This document shows, in pieces, positions 55,022-64,000 of a stretch of 64,000 nt of DNA. The DNA lies in NCBI GenBank assembly GCA_963774265.1, contig CAVZDU010000002.1, positions 640,001 through 704,000 of the forward strand. The letters run 5' to 3'. The notes below the pieces were generated by a model. The model was not told the origin of the DNA. It saw nothing but the letters and a program-made list of their open reading frames with translations, and did no database searches. The DNA is from an uncultured Chloroflexia bacterium. Its GTDB lineage: Bacteria; Chloroflexota; Anaerolineae; CG2-30-64-16. A program made the translations under genes and the position numbers. Numbering within the stretch: position 1 is the stretch's first letter; every line of letters begins with the position of its first letter.

Positions 55022-56533
55022 TTGGAACAGACACCCCTATTGGAGCTTCGGAATATCCGCAAATCCTTTAACCAGGTCGTGGTGCTAGACGACGTCAGCC
55101 TGAGACTGAACCCCGGCGAAGTCCTGGGGGTGATCGGTGAAAATGGAGCTGGCAAATCGACCATGATCAAGATCATCTGCGGCGTGCACGAATTTGACCG
55201 GGGCGAAATGCTCCTGAACGGTCAAAAGGCGGACATTCGCAACCCTGAGCAGTCGCGCAAGGTTGGAATCAGCACCATCTACCAGGAATTGAGCCTATTC
55301 CCCAGCCTGACGGTCGCCCAGAACGTCTTCATTGGCCGTGAGTTTGATCAGATCGCCGCCTCAGGGATGGTTGCTCCACTAGACAATCAGAAGATGGTGC
55401 GCGAAGCGCGCTCGATTCTGCGTGATACCCTCGGGCTAGACATCGACGTCAACACTCGGCTTGAGAAGCTGACGATGGCAGAAAAGCAACTGGTCGAGAT
55501 TGCCCGGGCGATTTACTATGAATCACAGATAATCATCATGGACGAGCCGACCACCGCTCTTGAAGCCAAGGAGAAGGAGCGTCTGTTCAGCGTCATCCGC
55601 GATCTTAAGAAGATGGGCACGGCAGTCATTTTCGTATCGCATTATCTATCGGAAGTGATGGACATCTGTGATCATGTCTTCGTTTTACGCGACGGGAAGG
55701 TCGTCCTCGACAGTCCGAAGGAGGATACTTCAGTCGATAAGATGATCCAGGCCATGATCGGCAAGACCCTGGAGCGGCAATATCCCAAAGAACAACTGGA
55801 AACGGGCGAAAAAATCTTCGAAGTGAAAGCCCTGACGAAGAAGAAGGTCTTCCAGAATATCTCCTTCGATCTGCACGAGCGCGAGATTCTGGGAATCGTA
55901 GGTCTGGCTGGCTGTGGCAAGAATGAGCTTATCAGAGCGCTTTACGGCATCGAAAGCTCCGACCAGGGTGACATATACGTCAAGAAGAAGAAGGCGATCA
56001 TTCGGGATGTCAAGGATGCGATCGCGCTCAAGATTGCCTTTCTCGCTGCTGACCGCAAGACTGAAGGCATATTCGACATTAAGAGTGTCGCCTGGAACAT
56101 AACGATCGCTTCCCTGGATTTGATTTCTCAAAGCACCTGGCTGTCCAACCAGAAGGAGAACCAGTTGGTAGATGCCTACGTGGACAAGCTGAAGATCAAG
56201 GCGAATTCGTCCGCTCAGACTATATCAAGCTTGAGTGGCGGTAATCAGCAGAAGGTGCTGCTGGCGCGCTGGCTTCTGACGGATCCGGAGATCCTACTGC
56301 TTGAAGATCCCACACGTGGAATTGATGTCAACGTCAAGACTGAGGTCTATAAACTGATCACTGAGTTCGTCAAAGATGGGCGCGGGGTGATCATGGTTTC
56401 CTCCGATGAAGAAGAAGTGGTGGGGATCTGCGATCGGGTGATCATCATGCGCGACGGCGAGATTTCTACCATTGCAAACGCAGCCGAGACAAGTGTCGAA
56501 CAAATAAAGAAGTATTCGCAAAAAGACGGGTGA
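55022..56533 (+). CDS. Sugar ABC ATP-binding protein (RbsA/MglA type)
   Basis: GENGAGKST, MDEPT, LSGGNQQK, DPTRGID. Confidence 0.95.
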   Translation: MEQTPLLELRNIRKSFNQVVVLDDVSLRLNPGEVLGVIGENGAGKSTMIKIICGVHEFDRGEMLLNGQKADIRNPEQSRKVGISTIYQELSLFPSLTVAQNVFIGREFDQIAASGMVAPLDNQKMVREARSILRDTLGLDIDVNTRLEKLTMAEKQLVEIARAIYYESQIIIMDEPTTALEAKEKERLFSVIRDLKKMGTAVIFVSHYLSEVMDICDHVFVLRDGKVVLDSPKEDTSVDKMIQAMIGKTLERQYPKEQLETGEKIFEVKALTKKKVFQNISFDLHEREILGIVGLAGCGKNELIRALYGIESSDQGDIYVKKKKAIIRDVKDAIALKIAFLAADRKTEGIFDIKSVAWNITIASLDLISQSTWLSNQKENQLVDAYVDKLKIKANSSAQTISSLSGGNQQKVLLARWLLTDPEILLLEDPTRGIDVNVKTEVYKLITEFVKDGRGVIMVSSDEEEVVGICDRVIIMRDGEISTIANAAETSVEQIKKYSQKDG

Positions 56534-56534
56534 A

Positions 56535-57521
56535 GTGGCCACGATGCCGAAAAATGCCCTGTACCAATCCAACAGAAAGAACATATTCAAGTCCATCCTT
56601 TCCATTCCCGGGATCGGAGTAATTCTGGCCTTTGTGGTGCTGGCAACGTACCTTACCTTGTCAAGCCCCAACTTCCTAACGACCTCAAATATCATGATTG
56701 TCGTAAGGCAGGCGGTCTTTGTGGCGCTGATGGGTATCGGCATGACTTTCATTATCGCAGAAGGCGGCATTGACCTCTCAGTAGGCGCCACGTTAGGAAT
56801 CACAGGAATCATGGTGGCAGCCCTAATCATGGGCGGCATGAACATCTACCTGGCGATCATCCTTACCCTGCTCTTCGGGATTGTGATTGGACTGATCAAT
56901 GGCCTGTTCATCACCCAACTGCACATGCCCGACTTTATCGCCACTCTCGGCACCCTGAGCATTATGCGCGGATTGATCCTGCTGTATACGAACGGCGTGC
57001 CGATCTATGGACTGCGGTTTCCCGAATTTCAGTGGTTTGCCCAGGGATTCGTCGGCCCTATCCCCGTTCCCATTCTGATTCTGGCCCTTCTTTTCCTGAT
57101 CTCTTTGTATCTCATGCAAAAGACGAAACTTGGTCGTTATACCTTAGCGATCGGTACCAACAAAGAAGCCGCTCGTCTGGTGGGCATTAACATCAATCGG
57201 ATCAAACTGGTGATATTCGCCATCACCGGCTTTCTGAGTGCCATGGCTGGCATACTCCTAACTTCACGCACCGAGGCAGCCGTCCCCACAGCGGGCCAAG
57301 GTTACGAATTAGATGTCATTGCAGCGGTAGTGATCGGCGGCACGAGCATGACTGGCGGAAGGGCCAACCTAACCGGCACCATCATTGGCGCCATACTGAT
57401 GACCACGATACGCAATGGCCTGAACCTGCTGGGAATCAATGCGCTGATGCACCAGGTTGTAATCGGCATCTTCATTCTGATCGCCGTAGGTATTGATAGC
57501 CGCATTTCACAGAATAGATAG
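56535..57521 (+). CDS. Sugar ABC permease (RbsC type)
   Basis: GGIDLSVG, FIATLG, YELDVIAAVVIGGTS. Confidence 0.95.
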   Translation: MATMPKNALYQSNRKNIFKSILSIPGIGVILAFVVLATYLTLSSPNFLTTSNIMIVVRQAVFVALMGIGMTFIIAEGGIDLSVGATLGITGIMVAALIMGGMNIYLAIILTLLFGIVIGLINGLFITQLHMPDFIATLGTLSIMRGLILLYTNGVPIYGLRFPEFQWFAQGFVGPIPVPILILALLFLISLYLMQKTKLGRYTLAIGTNKEAARLVGININRIKLVIFAITGFLSAMAGILLTSRTEAAVPTAGQGYELDVIAAVVIGGTSMTGGRANLTGTIIGAILMTTIRNGLNLLGINALMHQVVIGIFILIAVGIDSRISQNR

Positions 57522-57558
57522 CGGTCCGCACTAGTGTGATAAAGATAGGGAATCGCAA

Positions 57559-58479
57559 ATGAACGATCTGGAGATCATTGACGCACACGCACACATCTTC
57601 AAGCGCATCTATGGGTTCGGACGAAGAGGAGAATCAACGCCGATTGGGAACGGCGTTGTAAGCTGGGCCAACGGCGAGACCACCAAGCTGCTGCCCGACA
57701 TGTATGGCGACGATTCCTTTCCTTATGAGCGGCTTCTGACGGCGATGGACGAAGCCGGTGTCTCGAAGGCAGTTCTCCTACAGGGTTCTTACTACGGCTT
57801 CGCCAACGAATATGTCTACGAAGCTCAAAGCAAGTATCCCGAGCGATTTGTTGGTATGGGCACCTTTGACCCGTATTTTCTCGAAGCTGACAGCATAATG
57901 GTGCGTCTGATCGAGGAATTCCACTTCCGCGGCTTCAAATTCGAAATGAGTTCCTCTAATGGCCTGATGGGCTATCACCCAGATTTCCGTATTGATGGCG
58001 ACCTCATGCAGCCGGTTTTCCGTTACTGTACGGAGCATGGATTGACCATTTGCCTCGATCTGGGCACCTTCGAAGAGCCAAGCTTTCAGGTGAAGGGTGT
58101 TGGGCTCATGGCGAAGGAATACCCTGATATCCAGTTCGTCGTCGAGCATCTTTTCTTTCCGCGCCAGGATCATTTCAAAGAAGTTCGCGAGAATCTCGCT
58201 CTGCTGAGCGAGACTACAAACGTAAATTTTTCGCTCGCGACCGTGCCGTTCAGTACCTGGCCCGAGGTTTACCCCTTTCCTTCGGCGTGCCGATACCTGG
58301 CTTTGGCCAAAGAGGTGGTAGGAACGGAGCGCCTGCTGTGGGGTACCGACATTCCCTCGGTGGTGGTGCATTCGCCCTACCGTGACTTGGCGCAGTACAT
58401 TATCGAGAGCGGCGTTTTAACTCGCACCGAACTGGATCAGGTCTTTTCCTCTAACGCTCGCCGAGTTTTCCGGATATAA
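57559..58479 (+). CDS. Amidohydrolase-2 family protein
   Basis: IIDAHAH, EH, LLWGTDIP, NARRVF. Confidence 0.9.
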   Translation: MNDLEIIDAHAHIFKRIYGFGRRGESTPIGNGVVSWANGETTKLLPDMYGDDSFPYERLLTAMDEAGVSKAVLLQGSYYGFANEYVYEAQSKYPERFVGMGTFDPYFLEADSIMVRLIEEFHFRGFKFEMSSSNGLMGYHPDFRIDGDLMQPVFRYCTEHGLTICLDLGTFEEPSFQVKGVGLMAKEYPDIQFVVEHLFFPRQDHFKEVRENLALLSETTNVNFSLATVPFSTWPEVYPFPSACRYLALAKEVVGTERLLWGTDIPSVVVHSPYRDLAQYIIESGVLTRTELDQVFSSNARRVFRI

Positions 58480-58542
58480 GAACCCGGTTTTTGGCGTAGC
58501 GGAGAGACTTGAAGTCCATCTCCGCCCTTTCCGGTCAGCTGG

Positions 58543-58857
58543 CTATCCGTATGAACAGCAATAATCCACAGTCCCCTTGAGTTTCAGCTTGAAGGAGGAG
58601 TTGACGGGCACTTCAAAGGATTGCCCGGCCTTGAAGGTCTGCCAATCTCCTTGATCTGGCAGGAGCACATCCATTTCACCGTTGAGCATTTCCATCAGCT
58701 CGCGGGAGCCGGTGTTGAATTCGTATTCGCCGGGCATCATAAAGCCGAGTGTCTTGCGCGTGCCGTCGGCGAACAGGACGGTCCGACTGGTGACCTTCCC
58801 ATCGAAATAGACGTTGGCTTTCTTGATGATCGTGACATTCTCGAACCGATCCGACAT
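58543..58857 (-). CDS. ppnP: Pyrimidine/purine nucleoside phosphorylase
   Basis: [29 protein letters not shown]. Confidence 0.9.
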   Translation of the reverse strand: MSDRFENVTIIKKANVYFDGKVTSRTVLFADGTRKTLGFMMPGEYEFNTGSRELMEMLNGEMDVLLPDQGDWQTFKAGQSFEVPVNSSFKLKLKGTVDYCCSYG

Positions 58858-58869
58858 GGATTCCTCCGT

Positions 58870-60088
58870 TCAAATAGTGGGGGTTGTGCTTGACGTCGCG
58901 ATGACCCCGTCATCTGCGCGGTCATCCAGCGCGGCCAGGAACGCGCCCACGAAGGCGTATGCACGTCCCAGCACTTCGGGGTCCATCTTGTCAAAGGTGT
59001 CTTCCACCTGGTGCCAGTAGGGCAGGTCACCGGCCCGCGTCTGGCCGCCGATCGTCAGGGCCGGGATGCCGAGGCGCAGCGCATCGGCCATTTCAGTGTT
59101 GCCGCCGCTGATCTGGGCGGGATAGGCGTCCAACTCGGGGTGTTGGGCGGCGATGGTCTCAGCCAGGCGCACCAGGCCCGGGTCGGCGTGAAACGGGACG
59201 ACGATCCCCTCTTTGGTGATCCACGACGGGCCGGCGCACCCCAACATCTCGAACGCCACCACTGCCGGCCGCAGCAACTCGGCGCGGTGGCGACGGAAGA
59301 AGTCGATGGCCCCGTAATGCTGCACCTCCTCGCAGCCCGTACACGCCGAGCCAGACCCGCGTGTGCTGCAATGGCCGGCTGATCAACGCCTCAGCCAGTG
59401 TGAGCACCAGGCCGACCGCGGACGCGTTATCGTTGGCGCCTGCGGTAAAGGGTGTTCGCTCCGCCTGGATGCACAGCGCCATCAGCAGCACCGCGCAAAG
59501 GGCGCAGGGCACGGTCGCGGGCCAAATCCACCGCCACCCGGTGAAAGCGCCCAGCACGTAGAGCAGCACCTGCGCGGCGAAAACCACGAACGCGACCGTA
59601 GTGAATGCCTTGTAGGCGCCGACCCAGCGCGGGGTGGAGAAGACCAGGGGGGTGCGCTGCGTGTCGATGTGGCCGATCAGCACCAGATCCTGGCGGTGTT
59701 CGGCTGCCGGCGGAACGACTGCCACCACGTTCTGGCTGGGGCCTTTCGCCACGATGCGGCGGAGCGGGTTGTCGATGAAACTCAGTTCCAGGAGGTCGGA
59801 GGCCAGGGCGGCAAATGAGATGACCGCGGCCACCGCAGCGCTGGCCGGGCCGGCCAGCGGGTACAGGGCAAATGCCAGCAACATGCCGCTGGCAGCCAGC
59901 AGGTGCGGCTGGAAGATCGAGCGCGCGCTGGTGAAGCCCTCCACCTGGGGCGCCAGGCCGAGCCGGCGGAAGGTCTCCGCACAGTACGCCGCGCCGCGCC
60001 GTTCCCCCTCGGTGGTGGGACCGCGCGGGCCGATATCCACCGCCAGCGCCCGAATGTGGGCGAGCCATCTCTGTACGTAGATATTCAT
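58870..60088 (-). CDS. Membrane M28 peptidase; frameshift near 59345
   Basis: IGPR, GHID, GANDNASAV, GCEE in the shifted frame, WH..DT. Confidence 0.82.
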
Positions 60089-61074
60089 GCCGGCTTCTCC
60101 TTCCCGCCCAGCGCCTTCCGGAAGAAGCCGACCAGCCGCTGCTCGAACTCCTCGGGATAGACCGCCGGCGTCTGCAGGTGCTCGCCGTTCTCCGGGAACC
60201 AGCCTGTCACGTCGGCGCCGGCCTCTTTTGCCGCAGCAGCCAACTGCTCGCCCTGGCTGACGTCGACTCGGGTGTCGGCGCGGGTGTGCACGATGTACAC
60301 GGGGCGGCCTGCTGCCTTGCGAATCGAGTCCAGCGGGTTGTGGCCGAAGAGGTTGGCGCCTGTCACCACGCTGCCCACGATGAGCGCCCCAGGCGCCAGG
60401 AAGGTCGGATAGCCGTTGCGCGCCAGCTCGGCAGCAATCACCTGTTGCAGATTGCCGGCGGTGGACTGCAGGAACAACGCGGCCACGCGCGGCTCTTCGC
60501 TGAAGGCATAGCTACCGCTCATCCCGCCCAGCGAATTGGCGAGGATGCCGATTCGCTTGGGATCGAAACCCTTCTCGTTAACCAGCCAGTCCCAGGCGCC
60601 GAGCACGTCCCGGTACTCCACGTTGCCGATGGTCGAGCGGCCATCCTCGAAGGTAGAGTCGCCGATGTCCCGCAGGTCGATCAGCAGCACGTTGAAACCG
60701 TTGCGCCACAGCATTCCGGCCGGCACGAGGACGTCGATGGCACCCTTGCAGCCGCCGAGCCCGTGCACCAGGATCACTGCAGGCGCGGCCGGGTCCTTCG
60801 GGATCCACCAGCCGGCGATCTCGATGCCGGGGTCACGACTGGGGAACTTCACCGTTTCGTAGGGCGACATGTAGTACTGCGAGACATCGAAGCCTGTCGG
60901 CCATTTGGGGTGCAGCGCGAAGTTGTCGGGGTGGTTGGCCAGGTATTCGTCGCAGGAGCCCTTGACGTTCCCCAGCTTGTCGTAGATGACGTACCCCATG
61001 CCGAAGTACCCAACGATCAGCAGGACGACGAGCGCGATTCCGATGCCGATCAGGACCTTGTGCCAGGTTTTCAT
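60085..61074 (-). CDS. Membrane-anchored alpha/beta hydrolase
   Basis: VHGLGG, NSLGG nucleophile elbow, HT.AD.RV, GEH. Confidence 0.88.
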   Translation of the reverse strand: MKTWHKVLIGIGIALVVLLIVGYFGMGYVIYDKLGNVKGSCDEYLANHPDNFALHPKWPTGFDVSQYYMSPYETVKFPSRDPGIEIAGWWIPKDPAAPAVILVHGLGGCKGAIDVLVPAGMLWRNGFNVLLIDLRDIGDSTFEDGRSTIGNVEYRDVLGAWDWLVNEKGFDPKRIGILANSLGGMSGSYAFSEEPRVAALFLQSTAGNLQQVIAAELARNGYPTFLAPGALIVGSVVTGANLFGHNPLDSIRKAAGRPVYIVHTRADTRVDVSQGEQLAAAAKEAGADVTGWFPENGEHLQTPAVYPEEFEQRLVGFFRKALGGKEKPA

Positions 61075-61311
61075 CTTGCACCTCCGAGAGATCGTCACAA
61101 CATCCCGAGTAATTCAGCCTGTCGCAGTCCGGCTCATCGTTTCCCCACGGGTATTGGCGCCCGTCGGTCCCGCGCGCCGCCTTTTCCCACTCTGCATGGA
61201 TTCGCCGCGAAACGGCGGTTCACGCACCTCGCCCCGGCCCCGCCGAAGCGAGGCCGGGAAGGTCGTGACAGCGGGATGCGTTGGTCTACTGTACTTTCGG
61301 CCCGGTTGAGT

Positions 61312-61540
61312 TCACCTGGCCGGCCAGGCCTCCAAGAAGGCCACCAGCAGCCGGGCGCTGTTGTTGGCCGCAAGCCGGAAGAACACGCCGATTTCGTTCT
61401 CGCCGGGTCCACCGCCGGCCAGATCCGACAGCGAGCGGAAGATGAGGAACGGCACCGCGTTCACTGTGGCCACGTGCGCCACGGCAGCGCTCTCCATGTC
61501 CAGCGCGTCGGTATGCCACGTGCTCCAGGCATAATCCCGT
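61312..61540 (-). pseudogene. MTA/SAH nucleosidase-type C-terminal fragment
   Basis: LDMESAAVAHVA..PFL.FRSLSDLAG; N-terminus absent. Confidence 0.8.
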
Positions 61541-61621
61541 GCGCAGCCGCTCGGATTCTGGCGCTTGCCCCAGGTTAACAGCTTGATCATACCACAGCGT
61601 GTCAGGGGTAGCGCTGCACAG

Positions 61622-62744
61622 TCACCCGATATGCGCGATGTATGCTGCAGGATCTGCGTAGGCCCCGTAGGTCAAGCAGGTGTCGCGGTACAGAGCGTAG
61701 TGTTTGAGGGGCACGTCCGGCCCAATGGAAGCAGAGCCAATGATGACGCCGCCTGCGCGACCGATGTCTATTATGTCGCAAGCCTCGGCCTTGATCTGCC
61801 GCAGCGGACCTTGGATCAACGTCCCCGTGTTGTCCATGCCACCGGCCATGATGAGGCGCGGGTATTTCTTGTGCAGATCGACCACCCGCATGTTGGCCCG
61901 TGGTTCCACCGGATTGATTCCGTCGATGCCGGCATCGATCAACATGTCGAGGAGAAGACGAATATCCCCATCCGAGTGAAAAAAGACATAACTGGCGCCG
62001 GCCCGTTTGAAGGCTTGCACCATGCAGCGGTAGGCCGGCAGGAAGATGTGCTCGAATGCACGTGGACTGCACATGGGGCCGCCGTTGAAAGCCACGTCAT
62101 CGAATATCCAGATACCCGTGTCGTATAGACCCCAACGCCGTATCTGCTCGATGCCCACCGCCACCAGGTGTTCCGCCACCCTGTCAGCCAGTGCCCGAGC
62201 CCGAGCTGGATCGAGGGCGATTTCCGTCAGAAACTCCACTTCGCCTCTGAGAAAAGTAGAGCGCAGGTAGGGCCCGCCGGTTTTGCCGAAGAGACACGCT
62301 CGCCGCTTCGTTTCCTGGAGCGCGTTTTGAACCGCCGCCTGATTGCCGATCTGGCACACGGCTGGCTCGTTGAGTAAGCTCTCTGACTCAACATTCAGAA
62401 ATCGACTGTCAAGATCAGGCAGTTCGAAATGGAGGTTATCCAGGTCTGTGTGTTCGGTGACGGGTGACGCCAAGGTTTCGTAGAAGAAAGCACCCTCACG
62501 CTTTCGGATGACCCGTCCCCAACGATCCACCTCGTAGGTCCAGGTTCCATCGTCGCGGCAAGCGGCGTGCTCGGCTGGGGTAGGTGCCTTCGTTCGGGCA
62601 CCAGACTACTACATCACTCAGTGACTGCAATGGTCCAAGACTTGCTTGCCAGTCGCCAGGATACTCCCAGAAGCTCTCGATCGTCGGAATCCTATCCGGT
62701 AGCTCAAAAGCACACGCGGCTAGCACGCGTTCGTGCGAGTTCAT
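61622..62744 (-). CDS. Uroporphyrinogen decarboxylase / MtaA-CmuA-like protein; frameshift near 62560
   Basis: MNSHERV..PDRIP, LRG, DD.A, FHSDG, GIDGINP, GGMD. Confidence 0.85.
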
Positions 62745-62847
62745 CGCGCATCCTCCTTACTCATCACATACCGAGGGCCTGTGTTGCATCGTTGGCCACG
62801 TAGACCGAGACCACTCTTACACTGACGGTATGAACGAAAGGACTCTC

Positions 62848-63769
62848 CTAAAGCGTGTTCAACGCCCAGATACCAGCCAGCACCAGCAGCGCGCTGATGA
62901 CGATGGTCGGGGTTAGGATCTCGCCCAGAAATAGGATGCCAATGGTGGCAGAGAATAACGGCGTCGCGATGCTGGCAAACCCACCCAGGGTCGCGCTATG
63001 TTTCTTGACCATATAGAACAGCAGCCAGAAGCCAAGCACCGGCGCGCATAGCGCCGAAACGATCGTGGCTTCCCACGCCTGCCAGGAATATGTCGTCAGC
63101 ATGGGGAGGTCGCCGGTTGCCAACCCAAGCAGGAGGAATGCGGGCAGACAGGCGAAGACCTGACCCGCAGCCAGAGCAGTCGTGTCCACTTGGCGCACGC
63201 GAATACGGGTATAGATCACCGCGAAAGCTGAGGCCAACGAGGCCAGGATGATCAATATTTGCCCAATCCAGCCTTGGTCGTTCGCCACCCTGAGCCCGTT
63301 CGCGTTGCTCACCACCAAGAGGACGGTGCCCGAAACGGCCAGAGCCGCGCCCGCGATTCTTGGTTGGCCGTAGTCGCTCGTCTGGGAGCATGAAGTGCGC
63401 AAGCACGATAGTCATCGCCGGTGTCACGTTGAATAGCACCGACGCCAGCGAACTCGAAATGTAGTGCAGGGAAACCGCCAGGAGGACGAACGGCAACCCG
63501 ATGTTGCCCATGCCAATGATGAGCAGGTCGAACGCCATCCGCGGCTGCCAGCGCATGGGCGGTCGCACGAAAAGGAGGACAACAAAGAAGGTTATGGAGG
63601 CGATGGCAAGGCGTAGGATTGTCAAGGGCACAGGGGGAATGACGCGGGATGCCACGCCGACGCTGGCGATGGCAATGCCGTAAAGCAGTCCCGAAGCGAG
63701 GATCAGAGTCAACTTCTCCCCGAGGCCGCAACTCCGGCCCACCGAGCCACTGGGGGCGGACGCGGTCAA
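62848..63769 (-). CDS. DMT/EamA transporter; frameshift near 63370
   Basis: About 10 TM in two EamA repeats; LAHFMLPDE, LFLGE. Confidence 0.85.
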
Positions 63770-63846
63770 GCTGCCATCTCCTCAAAGAAAAAAGGAAGAT
63801 GCGGCAGAAAAGCCGGTCTTGCTGTAGGGCACGGGTTCGAGCATTG

Positions 63847-64000
63847 TCAGGCTAGTGTATCGGCGGCTCTAGCCGCGATGCGCTCCAGTTCCGCAATCTG
63901 ATCTGACTCGAGGTAGTGTGGTCCCTGGTCTTTGTCCAGGATCGCGCGTACGTGCTTCTTGGCGCGCGCTAGCATGCCTTTATCCTTTGACCAACCACTC
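63847..64000 (-). CDS. 3' end of a possible MttB-family (trimethylamine methyltransferase-like) protein
   Basis: ML.RAKKHVR.IL..P.YL..ELERI C-terminal pattern; truncated by the window edge. Confidence 0.45.
   Translation of the reverse strand, partial: SGWSKDKGMLARAKKHVRAILDKDQGPHYLESDQIAELERIAARAADTLA

Noticed and set aside
1-64000. CRISPR arrays, rRNA, tRNA, reverse transcriptase or prophage structural genes
   Set aside because: None detected by eye in the sequence or ORF track

Overview
Accessory, IS-riddled 64-kb region of a GC-rich bacterium, probably Chloroflexota/Anaerolineae (inferred from C-terminal YLPLV tails on secreted proteins, AGGTGCCNGGCACCT REP-like palindromes and PTAAP lipoprotein linkers). 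Left to right: (1) a small defence island with a type III R-M system whose mod gene is broken by an IS1182, and a Gabija-like OLD nuclease + UvrD pair; (2) a high-GC glycoside-utilisation operon; (3) three secreted peptidases; (4) an orphan + trypsin-like protease pair; (5) a nested 12-kb mobile mosaic (ISAs1, ISAs1-type MITE ends as 111-bp inverted repeats, IS91/integrase element, tyrosine resolvase with a perfect 11-6-11 site, a solitary attC) carrying the mercury-methylation genes hgcAB behind a Cys-pair MarR regulator; (6) secreted glycan-type proteins, one split by IS5, with a recurring promoter/leader module; (7) an IS1202-type element with a nested ISAs1 and a structured 3' non-coding tail; (8) a sugar ABC operon whose binding protein is an almost perfect internal duplication; (9) metabolic genes. 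Many genes carry small frameshifts, some at homopolymers, so sequencing error cannot be separated from decay. All family calls are by-eye motif recognition, not database hits.
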